From Podarcis filfolensis (taxonomy: Eukaryota): a DNA stretch of 64,000 bases. The notes under the pieces are model-generated. The model was not told where the DNA came from. It saw only the letters and a program-made list of their open reading frames with translations, and ran no database searches. Made by a program: the position numbers and the translations under genes. Location: NCBI GenBank assembly GCA_964270895.1, contig OZ185436.1. One strand, given 5' to 3'. The first letter of the stretch is position 1; the number at the start of each line of letters is the position of its first letter. Shown piece by piece: positions 1-12,148 of the stretch.

Positions 1-3000
1 TCTCCTCCTCTGGCATGGCTGTGAGAAGGAGATAAAAAAACCCCCTGTGGTTTTGGTTAACCACAGTTTAGCATTGTTTCTGAACATGAGAGTTCATTGT
101 TGGTCTTAATTATGGTTTGTTCAGCTTCAAAGCCCAATGCTTGAAGTTGACTGATTTTAAGCAAACCATTGTTAATATTAGGGATAGTTTGTTGGGTCTG
201 AATGAAACAACAAAGGGCAGGTAATAACAGATTAAAACAAAAACTTCTAATCGCCTTCTCATGGCTGAGCTGGAGGAGAAGTGGGGCGGAGTACATGAGC
301 CCAAAGCTTTATCCATTTGTTCCTATCACAATAAACTATACATTAGTTTAATATGACAGCTGATTCAGCTCACTGCTGTATGATTCCCATTCCATCCTTT
401 TGGAAAACCCATGGGGCTAGGATGTTTTCCCTAGTGGAGTGGGGGGGGGAGAGTGGTGAAAAACCATTGTGGGATGACCATATTAATGCATCTTAATAGC
501 TTTTTCACCTGGGAATAGATAAAATATGCTGCCATAGTTAAATTATAATAAAAATGGGTTTAAGCTTGCATTGTAAGGAAGTCTGCTATATGTTTGGGCT
601 CAGCCATTTCACTGTAATGACTTATCATTTACAGCATTGTACTTCCTACAGCTGATAAACTTGGTGTGCAACATTGCAATGAATGGGTAAGACTTGTTTT
701 GACTTAAAAAGCTGGCTGAGAGTCAGAATTGACGTTGCTGGATTATAAGCAACATGCCAGCCTATCATTTTGTGGTGTTTCAGTGGCTTTGTAGATAATG
801 ATACCCCTTTATGGTTTGGAGCTAATTTCCCCTTATCTAAATTAGCTGATTGCTTGCTCTTCATTGACAGGTGGATCTTGTCTCACTATGCTCTGAGATT
901 CCCCTTTGACATTCATTTCACCTTCTCTTCCTTAAAGCTTTTTGGTCCCCCTCAATGAGCTATCTTAGTGCACGTTTAATTATCACCTTCTCTGCTTTGC
1001 CACTTAAATATGGTACTTATATTGTGTTTCATAACCAGACAACAGGATATCATCCTAAAGATGTTGTGTGTGTGTTAAATGTTCCTTGGGGATTGCTATT
1101 GCAACAAAAGAATCCAGACACTTCTTTCCGTGATTAGACTTCAAAGCAGCTATATTAGGTCATGTGCATAACATAACGTTGGGCATCAAAACACAACTTC
1201 AGTACTTAAGATTTCTTCTCTTTTATTTATTGAATGTTTCAAAGAATTCCCAACTATTTCCTGCAATCCACCTAAAACTAAACAAGACCATACCGAATCA
1301 TCTTGAGGATAATCCACAGAATATGTCTCTTCTGATTTCATGGCCAATATTATCTTTAGTTATTGCTCAATATTGCTCATAATTTATTAGCCATCTGTTC
1401 TTTGTGGCGCAAGTTCACACACCATCTACCAATCTGCTATCCTCCTCATCCCTCATCCATCGTCCTTTGTGGCATCATCTATGGTTGACAGTAGATAGCA
1501 CTCATTTTCTGACTTGTTCATTCAGACTAATTGTTCCTCTCATCTCCTTATTAGGTAGCCTGAGAGAGAGTGTTCTGGATTTCCAGAAGGAGCTGAAATA
1601 CTTGCCAGTTTGCATGGGGTGGGTTAGAGAAACATTTGTTGAATAATCCCCTATACTGAACCTCATTCAAAAAGGAGGCCCATAATATATAGGCAAAGCG
1701 TATGTACTTGAGGTGCCCTGTCTTGGATAGCTTGAAAGTCAGTGGGATAGGTGGTACTGAACAGCTCTAGAGAATAAAGGGAAGGCATGCAGGTATAATC
1801 TGAGCAGCTGTCCCAAGCACAAACTGCAAAATGTACTAGTTGACCTCTCAGCTAATGTTTGGACTTCGAGATTTGTTTTATGGTATAAGATACGTACTGG
1901 TATAAATCAGGGAAGAGTGCTGCAAACTATTGGAGACAGGAGCATACACAATTCCTTTAATTTGTTTGGATAAAGTGGTTAACTTCAATCAGGAAAATGG
2001 AGGGGGCAGTGGTGGGGACTCAAGACGTCAGACTGAATCAACCGTACAGCTTTATGGGGAAATGTTTGGAACTGAACGTGTCACTGCATTTTGAAAAGAA
2101 CACCAATAAATTACACACATGTGAATCCACCTCAGTTTTCTTCTGGAATGTAGCATGTGTGGGGTTTTTTTTTAATATGGTAAGGGTACCTGATTACAAA
2201 ATGTGTGAGAAGATGCCATGAGTTGGCTAATACCTTGAATACATGGTTTTCTTTCTAATGTACGTAGTTGTTTAGTCTTCAGTCTGTTTTGTAGCTTGTG
2301 TGCCTATTACCAGCTAAAAACATAGCTTCTCAATTTGGATTGAAGCTGGTTTGGAGCAAAATGCAATGTTTCTTAAGAAACAACACAATAAATAACCACC
2401 CATGGCAGTGCGCTGGATGCAGAGTAAACAGGAGTGTGTACACAGCCTTGCTCACTGGTTGGATGTTCCCTTTTTACACCCAAGTTCTCGCAGCATGCAA
2501 ATTATTCTAGCCCATTGATTATTCATACATTTAAAAATGTTTTCTGAAATTAACATTGTAATGTTGATATCAAGAGTCCTCAAATACTTAGATAATGTTA
2601 GGCCTCTGCAATTTTTTTTTGTTTGAAAATGTAAACCCTAATGTGACTGGTGATGATGATTCATTTGGAAGATTATATAACATCCCTGTTCGTATTCTAA
2701 AAATCTGCCTGCAAATCAGTTCCAATCAAAGTTTCCAATCAAAGATGGAAATGAACATTTTGCTATTTGGCAGCACTCATGAATTAAACTAGTTCTGTGT
2801 CAGCAGGGCCTGTTGCATCATTGCCATAAAGGCGAGGGGCTCTCCGCTCCATACTTCCCATTGTGTCTCTGTTTGGTGTTTTAGTTGCCTGAGTCCAGAT
2901 TCATAATTAGAATAAGAGGCTGGTATGATTGGGAGCACAAGGTGGCAAGGTATGTGATGGGTGTGAGTCATGATGAAAAAAAAGCTGCCCCAATATTCAT

Positions 3001-5122
3001 TATTATTTATTATCCAATAGGACAGGGCAAAAAGGAGAGGGGGCACTATTCATGGAACACTTGTGAGTTTGCAGCCTTTATATTTTTACTGTATTTTGCC
3101 ACTGCCAGTTTCCCTCACCCCCAAATGCCTTCCTTAATTTTCAGGGAATCTTTACCTTGAGGGGACACACATCTTTGGGGTGAACCAGATGCAGAGGAGG
3201 GCAGTGACCTATGACCTTTCATGGCTGTGTAAAAGAGGCAGTTTTATCAGGATCTGTTTTCTCAGCAAGTCTCACCTGCTGTAGTCTGTTTTACAATCAT
3301 GAAAGACTGAAGGAGCCCAGTCTCCTTTCGTATGTGGTTTCCCTGAAAGAGGCATGTAACTCAATGTCAAATTTCAATCTATCCTTACAGCTCACCCCCC
3401 CCCCCCCCCATAGTCTTTTGCTTCCTATTCGTTCTCTGAATGAGTGGATTACTTCCTCCTCCTCTTTTGGGGACTCCTAAATGCAATCTGATTATGTCAA
3501 GACCATTTTCCTAGACTGCTTGAATATAGGTTACAGCCACCCAGGAGAAATCCCCACCCCAATACCATGATAATTTAGCAGATTACAGTTGCAGGAAGCT
3601 TTTATTGCAGGATTGTGTGAGATCAGGTTCATATACTGGATAAAACTATACCTTACTGTAGAAAGGTCATTCAGAAAGCTTCCATTTTAGTGTTGTCTAA
3701 AGCATCAGCTTCTTTAGTTTCATAATTGGATTTATCTATTTACTGCTTTTGTTCTGCTTCTTTCTGCCAGGATTACGTAGTTGTGGTTTTATTTTATTTC
3801 TGCAAGCGCCAGTCTGCTGAGCAGTTGTCCTCTTGCTGCAGTGTTGCAATCTCTGTCGGGGAATGTTCTGCAAGAAGGCAGGCTTCCACTCACAAGCTGT
3901 TCATTGTCCACTTGTTGCATCTCATGAAGCCTCGTGCCACAATCCATTTGCCAGCCCTTAAGGTGGTCTTCAAGGACTCTTATGTTGGTATTTGTCACAA
4001 AAGGAACCACACAAAAACCTTATATTCTCCCATTTCTCATTTTATTCTTAACCTGAAAACGAAGGCCTAATTTCAAAGCAATGTGTAATGCTAATGAGAT
4101 CACAATTGCTTTCGTCACAAAATCTAAGACGATAGCATAGGCCCAAAGAAGTGAATTACTCTCAAGAAATGCAGATGCTGTAACAGTGGACATAATCCTA
4201 CTATAATCTCCAGGCAGAATAATTTCCATTGTGTCTCAGCTTTTTGGAAAATATAAATTGCTTTACTTCTGCCTCTGAGTACCTGTTGAATGTGAGTTTG
4301 GCAAGCCAAGATTAATGAAAAAATACCCAAGGTTTTAAACTGGAAAGAAGGGCACAATGAAGTAATTCTACCCATGTTTATCTTCCTTGCCTGATATTTA
4401 AACAGTGTGGTTACAAGGCCATTTTTTAAAGTTTATGTGATTTATGTCTGTTTTGTACGCAAGGCCCTGACTCTAATCTTAATCAATTACTCAATTTACA
4501 GGGGACGAACAGAAAGTTACCCTTGATCTTTCAATAAAAGGGGCACTACCGCACTTCAAAAAGTTGGCTCCATATTAGTAAGGACAGAGAGGCTTGAACT
4601 TGGTGAAGTGGTGTAGTGGAGAATGGGGAACACTAAGATAAATACACAGTTCAGTAGTTGGCATGGACAAGGGGAACCTATTTTAAGTTTTCCTGTGCAA
4701 ACTTTTAAGGAGTTACTATTTCACCCTTGCTGGCATACAGAAACAAACAAATGGGTTGGGGAAGGGACATCACACTTGTAGAACACATGTCTCACAGTAT
4801 CCCATTCTCGTTTTGCTATAAAGTGAAAGGCTGCAGAGCAGCTTTGCCAGCCACAATCGCAACCGTGTTCTCACTTGTTGTCTTTGCCAATACCACATAT
4901 CACATCTCAGCCAATAAATTTCTGTATAAAGCCTTACTAAGCTTCTTGAGGACCATTCCTGAGACTGCCCCTGCTCCTCAACCTTACCTGTAAACCCTTC
5001 TACCCTATAGCCCCACTGATGAACCTAGCAACTGGGGAGTTGCTCATGAGGACTCCTTTATTGTTTGGCTTTGGTGTGAGAGGAAAGCAGGAGCTAAATT
5101 GTGTGTGGGTATAAGACTAGAA

Positions 5123-5150
5123 TGTGTGTGTGTGTGTGTGTGTGTCTGTG
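5123..5150. repeat. (TG)n microsatellite
   Basis: Direct reading: tgtgtgtg... about 11 perfect units plus a short imperfect extension. Confidence 0.9.
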
Positions 5151-6339
5151 TTTGCTGCCCCAGAGATGGAATAACCTTTAACCTACTGTCCAGCAGTTTG
5201 AATGGCTGAGGCGGTTTTGGGAAAAACTAGGGCAGTTGTATTGAACGATTTTCAGCATCTACTCTGAGAGAATCCCATTCCCATTGGCTGAGCTGGCTTG
5301 GGACTTTTTGGCTGCTAATGCAATCATGGGGTTGCTGACATATCACTGGCCAAATAATCCATGAGGAAGGACATACGCTTAAGCTGGTCTTTTCTAGCAG
5401 GTGGCTGGTTGATGGTTTGGTGGTGTTTAATTACCTTGTTATCATGGACTGATCATTACCTGGTGAGGTTTAACGTTTGTGGTGCTTGGTGCTCATTGCT
5501 TCCTGCAGGGGTGGAGGACCAGTTAGGTTCATCCTCTCGTGGAAGGTTTTTGTTTTGTTTTAATTAGGAAGATTCCTGAACGCTTTGGGAAATTGGGCAG
5601 TTAGCATGGCTGGCTCCCCTATCAAAGCCCTGGTGTCACTGTGGAATAGTGAGATGAAAAGGGCCAGTGGCACAGTTGTTCACGAGTGCTCTCTCCAGCA
5701 TTGTGGATCCTGGATGGCTCTGTGGTCCTCAGGAAAGCTCTGAGTGATGGAGTAAGCCAAGTGACTGCTGGAGTACAGGTGGCACAAGTATTACAGTGAA
5801 AACAGCTGAACACATAATCATGCCACCTGTGGGGCAGTGAAGACAGTTTTCTTAACTATTACTTGAGTAGCTTTCTAGCACAGCTTTGTGGGCTTGTGGG
5901 AATGTGGGATCTTCCCCTAAGGGGAGTAGCCTAGAATGCACAAAAGCCTGCTGTGACTAATTTGCAAGGCACCTTGAAAAGTCCCTCACGTTCTGCTGGA
6001 GCTTAATGCCACAGATATTGTGGATTAGCTGGAGATGTCAAGTCTGGTTGTTTGGGATCAATTTCAGTAGCTAAAGCTAGATAACTGTGGACAAGGTGTT
6101 TGAATTTTTTTGGCCTACCACATGCAATCCTGACCTTCCTGTCATATAAGGGTTGGGGTTGGGGGTTGCCTGGGTTAGGCTCAAGAGCTGTAAATGCCAT
6201 TTTTGTGAGAGACAACTGTAATTTGCCTTTAAAGGAAGTGGTGGTGTGTCCCCTTTTCAAGACACCTTCCCTGGATCCAGAAGCAAGTGACAACTACTGC
6301 CAGTTGCAAACATTTCCTTTTGGGGAATGGTTATTATCA

Positions 6340-6960
6340 AGAGAGTGGTGTCTGTGCAGCGTCAGGAGTCTTTGGAGGAAGCCGATTATCTAGATCCATT
6401 TCAGTCTGGCTCCAGGCCAGATTTTGGCATTGAAATGACTTTGGTGGCCTGTATCAGGGAGGACAAAGAGAGTTTGAGCTTGCTTAATTCTCCTTGAGTT
6501 CTTGGCAGCTTTTGATACCATCAATTATAACATCCTCCTGAACCATCTCAGTGGGTTGGGAGTAGGGAGCACACTGTTATAGTTGTTCCATTTCTACCTG
6601 CAGGACTGGTACCAGAAAATAGTCATGGGCGACTTTAGCTTAGCCCCATGTTAGTTGTGCTGCCTGTCCCCCCATGCTGATTAAACTCTTATTCTTTAGT
6701 TATTAGATTTCTAGTCTAACTTTCTTCTCTGAGGAACTGTTGAGAACATTTGTTAAGGGGTTTGGAGTGAAGTTTCACCATTATGCAGATGACACCCAGC
6801 TCTGTTTTCCCTTGTCATCTGAACGGGGGGAAGCTGTGCAGTTGTTTGGTCAGTGTTTGTTGTGGTGTTTACCTCTGTTCAAGAGAAGGCCTCATTAGTT
6901 CAGTAGGCCCAAACTGTTTAACTAAGGTAACCCCCCTATTGAGTTGTGACTCATTGGGTC
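6340..6960 (+). mobile_element. Decayed L2-clade LINE reverse-transcriptase fragment
   Basis: Translates piecewise as EADYLDPFQSGSRPDFGIEMTLVA ... LAAFDTI ... and LRTFVKGFGVKFHHYADDTQL (YADD at 6782-6793), with stops and frameshifts. Confidence 0.8.
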
Positions 6961-7959
6961 TTCCGCCTCTTGACTTGGAAATGTCTTGATTCAACACATG
7001 TGGACATCTATACCCCGGGCACTTTTTCATATTATCTTCCCTTCCCTTACACTGATTCATCCTTCTGATCCAACTTTGGAAGTAACTTTTTAAGGGTTCT
7101 GAGAGTGATTTATGTCTTTGTTCAGTTGGCCATACGAACAAAGAATGACAGCTGCAAAGTAGGCAATTTTTAAGTAAACAAGTGCATATTAATTTTCATG
7201 AACTTCTGAGAAGATCTCTCTCTGTAGAACTATCATAATTGAGGATAATTGTCCTCACACTGCGTTGCACTTCTGGTATTTTGTGTTATTGCACAATGTG
7301 ACAAGACTTGTAGTGGTGGTAATGAGGGGAGGTTTCAACTAATGTACAAAACCTCTAGAAAAATGTAATTTCCTCAGCATACCTGTGCATAGATGTAGAT
7401 TCTGGGTGTTCTGGCTCAATAAGGAATAGTATAAGCATCTCTGCATTATTATTTTTTTAAAAAAAGCTAATCAAGAGCTCACTTTTAAAGATTTTGTCCT
7501 TTGAATAAAGCATGTACCAAATTACTATGCTCTCCATTGGGTTCCTTGCACAATCTCTCCTCCTCCCAGCCCCCATCACTGGCTCATGAATTATGGGATC
7601 AGCCTATGCCTTCTGGAACTGGAGCTAGGAGGTAGTCACAGGATTTTTGTATGCCTCTTGTTTGAGATTCCTATTTCACATGCTTGCTTAGGTGCATGCT
7701 TATACAGTGCAAAGCAACAGGCACCAAAGCTATTGCTTGTATACTGTCTTATATTTGGGGCAGCTGAGTGTGGGGAAAGTATATATTTTCTAAGGAAGGT
7801 GAATTTAACCTATGAAGCGTCCCCTGTATTGAGTCAGAGGCCATTAATCCCTCTAGCTCACTTTTGTCTATTTATTTGATGCCTGTAAAATATCTAAAAG
7901 TGATTTCCCAGCAAGAACATCAGGAATGAAGCAATTTAAAACAATTCCATATGCAAAAA

Positions 7960-8250
7960 ACAAACTCATATGTAAAAACAATTAAAAACCATTCCATGCA
8001 TAAAACAATTTAATCTGTAAAACCATTTTCAAACCCACTACAGATTTAACCTGGGAGAAAGATCTCCATGTAAAAGGCTTGTTGAAAACCCCAGAAGCAC
8101 AATAGCAACAGCACCTGTCTGATGTGTAATGGGAAGGAGTTCTAAGGGGCAGGTGCCACCACAAGCCCAGTTCTCCTATCCAACACAATGCAACTACTGA
8201 TAGGATGGTATCTGCAGGAGGACTCTCCTGCAGAGTGCAGCAGTTGTTGT
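7960..8250 (-). mobile_element. Possible L2 3'-end remnant
   Basis: gggaaggagttctaaggggcaggtgccaccaca resembles the antisense of squamate L2 3' ends as I recall them; boundaries approximate. Confidence 0.35.
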
Positions 8251-9659
8251 TGTTTTTATGAAAAATACCCGTTCTTCCACTGAGAAGAGCACATGAATGT
8301 TCACACACTCATGCTGCAGAGAAGGTGAAAGAGAAGACAGATCAGTTTTATGGAAGGCAAAGGAGCCTTTGAGACCTGCATTCAGTAGTAGTGGTCAATA
8401 CACTGGGGAACATTCTATCCTTACACTCCCTCCCTGCTGTAGGCACACAACTAAGTCCTCCCGGTGGTGTGGAGCCAGTGGGACCAATTGTTCCTTAGCT
8501 CTGGTATTTTAAGCCCTGTATACATTTGACTGTAAGCTGTGCATTCCTTAATAAGAGATTTTTTTGCTGAGGATATTAGCAGCATTTGGGGGATGACGTA
8601 AGTGAAGTATGTTACTAGAACATTTCTTAGCCTCTGAAGTATATTCTGTTCCTTATGTTTTCCTGTGCCTCTTGCAGAGCCTGCCAGGATCTCCCACTTA
8701 TCTTCTGCTCGATGTATCATCTGTCCTTGTAAATGCTTATCGGAGCTTTTGATCCTTCAAGGACACTTTGATTAGGTTTTTGTGTACAGATAACTCAGGC
8801 CATAATTTTCCAAATGAAAGTTTTCACTCCCTTTTAAGTGATGACAGAGATGTTATTTCCTGATGGGCAGGTGATGGTTTTGTGAACTCTGAACTCCTCC
8901 ACCTTCGGCTAATGATGGTGTGGTGTAGCCAGTCATAAAGATAGGTATTAGATGAGAGGATAAGGTGGCTGATGCTCTCACTCTGCTTGGCTTGAGGACA
9001 GAGCAGCAGTTCTTAACAGTGCAATCCTGCAAATGTTTGTTCAGAAGTAAGTCCTGTTGTTTTCATGAGTGCTGGATTAAACCCTGTGGAGGACCGACCC
9101 TAGGCAGTTCAAATCTCGGGGGGGGGGCGCATTGCAAATTATCTCAAAGCTTCTACTTCGCTACTTGCGAATATTCTACTAGGATCTGGAGATGGCGGGA
9201 ACTCGCGACACACACAGAAGGTTTGTATCTGGAGGTTTCTCATATGTGTGCTCTAGTTGGATAACATTGAACTAAGAAAGTTTGATTGTAATTTTCTTTC
9301 AAGATCAAATCAATATTATTTTGATCCGTTGTGGCAGTGCCTCTAGAAAGGCCTACTCTGCCTTTTTGGTAATCCAGCACTGGTTTTCATTGAAGCTTAC
9401 CCTCAGGTAAACGGCTTAAGGATTGTAACCTCTATTCTTTTTCTAAAATTGAAGTAGCCACCCACCTGATGTCCTTGTGATGTCAGGTTACTTATTTTCT
9501 CTTGCCTGCACACATCCTACCTGACGTTTCATACAGGGAAGATGGGCGTAGGGAATTAGGACCCCTGGAAGGATGAATTAAGGCTGTGGGCTGGAGGTTC
9601 CCCATTGCTGCTCTAAACTAATCCCCTTCAGTTACAACATTTCCTCATAGGAAAGTTTT

Positions 9660-9835
9660 TCCAGTCCCCTGATAATTTTGGTTGTCCTTTTCCAGTTCTG
9701 CAATGTCTTCTTTGAGGTGCAGCAACCAGAATAAGCTAAAAGCACAATAAACCAAGTGGGATTAGACCATAGATTTGTATGAAGAGTAGTTTTGTTTTCA
9801 GTTCCTTTCCTAATGATCCCTGGTATGAAAACTGT
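9660..9835 (-). mobile_element. CR1 LINE ORF2 3' fragment
   Basis: cccctgataattttggttgtcc...ttccagttctgcaatgtcttctttgaggtgcagcaaccagaa...accatagatttgtat...ttcctttcctaatgatccct matches the antisense of the CR1 ORF2 C-terminal region. Confidence 0.7.
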
Positions 9836-12093
9836 TCTTTGTCACTGGGAACTTGCAACCAGAATCCTCTATAGAAACTAAAGCCAGACAAAGTAAACCA
9901 GAAGTGAAACTTTTAAAGAAAGAGTGGAAATGGCTCTTGGTGTGACACAGGGATACTGTAGTTCCTTTTACAGCAGAAAGATTTCCTTAGTGTGGTAAAC
10001 ATTCGGACACACAGATATAGCCACGTTTACATCCTTCCTTTTTTTACATACTTAAGAGAGGTGGGTTGAAAAAACCCAAAAAACCTTTTCAAACCTTTAC
10101 TTCCTGCTTCTGTGTGTGGTTAGAAATGGTTTGTGGAAGCCTTTCAAGTTTCTGAATATATGTTTTTCTTAATACAAATCAGCTACATAACTTAATGTTC
10201 TTTCAAACTCTCAGTTGCTAGTGATATGCATCTCAGACTCTTTTTCTCGAATTGTTCCCCGAGCTTAATTCTTGATATATTAAAGACTGAAACCCCCTTC
10301 ATTCCTGATCTTCTTGTACTGTTGTACTGTGGTGTGTGATTCATTTTTGTTGTCTGCTCTTTAAACTTTATTTCTGCAGTTACTGAGCATTTGAGGTGTT
10401 TTGTTTGTTGTGTGTGTGGTGCTTACCAACAAGTCTTGTTATACAGTTTGTGTATGTGTGTTTTTCAAAGGTGCCATTTTCTGCATGACTGTCAGGACTC
10501 ATTAGACTCTGCTCATCTGCCTAATAGGCTTCTGAGAAGCAAGTTAGCACGTGGGTTGAATGTGGCAAAAAAATTAGCTTTGGTTTGTTTCCTAAATGTG
10601 AAGCATTTTGTTCTGAATTTGAATAATTTTCTGTACATAGACCAGCTTACAGTAAGTAATTTAAGCTCTTAAACTATTAGTAATGTAGAAGTCTTGTTTC
10701 TCCATAAAGTTCCCCATATAGCTAACATTTATTTATATTAAATGGCAAATCACTCTGCTTATGTTTTAATAGTTTGATGTGGTGTTTTGAGTCGCAAGAT
10801 GAATAGATGATTAAAAAGAACTGAAATTAAGCAAATAAAAGCAGTTTATATATTGGCTGTGCTAATTTAGACTACATAGTATGCTGTTTATGAACAGATG
10901 CACTCTGTTGGCTACAGAGGAATAATAATTTTGTACATCGTTTAGAAGAACTTGTGCAGTGCTGAGAGGAAAAAAAGGCTGGTGGAGAAGAAAAATTCCA
11001 TACAATAGTTCCATCTCCTCCAGTTTCTTGAGGACTACTGTAGACATTATGCCTACTGCATGTTTGAGGGTACCAGAAATAGCCTTTTTGTGACTGGAGC
11101 AACTCATTATGTGACTTTCCTTAATTGTGTGGAGTGTTTTACCACACCAGCAACCCCTAGGAATAGACAGTGTTGGCGTGAGAGCTCTCCACATATTGGG
11201 GGGACTCATAGGATTAGTGGTTCCAAACATTACAGACGCACAATGGGAACCGGCAATCTTGAACACCTGATTCAATCTTCCCGTGCTCTCTGTATGGGTA
11301 AGTTTTAATGTGTCTCTAGCTTGGCCCTTTGTCCTTTCAATGACAGGGAGACTTCTGACAGGATTAACTTGTATTTGTTGTATTTGTGTCCTGCCTTTCT
11401 TCCAGCAAAGTCAAAGAAGCACTCTAGTTTGAAAACATCCTTGGGCGTGAGAGTAATTTTGCCAAAGCCACACACCCAGTGAGCTTCATAGAAGAGCAAG
11501 CAAAGATTTGAGTTTCTGACATCCTTACCCAGCCCTCTTTATTTGCCCCAGCTCTCCCTCCCATGCAGCTACCCGCCCTGGGAACCTATGGTGGCAAGAA
11601 ATCTTATAAATGAATGAATCTGATGAAGCATGCCTCTAAAACTAATACAGGCACAGTCCTCAAGGCCAGTTCTCAGAAAGAGGCTTAGTAACATCAGTGG
11701 GATTGCCAGGGAAAGTGCTCTGAATGCACAGGATGTGACATAAGCAATGCTGAAAAGCCTGTGTGGGTGCATTTAAACAGCTTGATCCCACTGATGTCAA
11801 AGGCATAAATACATTAGGTGTGTAAATAAAAGCCTTGTTGAAGATGATGGCAATGGCCTCCACTGCTGGTTGAAGATAGGGTGATTTGTAAGTGCTATAC
11901 AGAACAAGCTTCAAAATCAATGCCTTGGTTTGTCAGCGTCACACTGAGAAACCAGAACCAGGGTTACTGACCTCAAGAAGGAACAACATCTCCTATTGAT
12001 CATTCATGACATTTTATCCAGCCCTTTAAGGTAAACTGCTAGGACTCTTACGTTACACTCCCTCTCTGCACTGACTGTCTCTCTCCCTTGAGA

Positions 12094-12148
12094 CAGGAAG
12101 ATTGAACCTGAGACCTTCTGCTCTACCACTGAGCCATGACCTTTCCCC
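12094..12148 (-). mobile_element. tRNA-derived SINE head remnant
   Basis: Reverse complement reads ggggaaaggtcaTGGCTCAGTGGtagagcagaaggtctcaGGTTCAATCttcc: Pol III A and B boxes with an internal deletion. Confidence 0.6.

Noticed and set aside
9192-9222. ATG...AG|gtttgt as an alternative NEURL1B first exon
   Set aside because: 29 coding nt gives phase 2 while exon 2 needs phase 1; the donor is weak.
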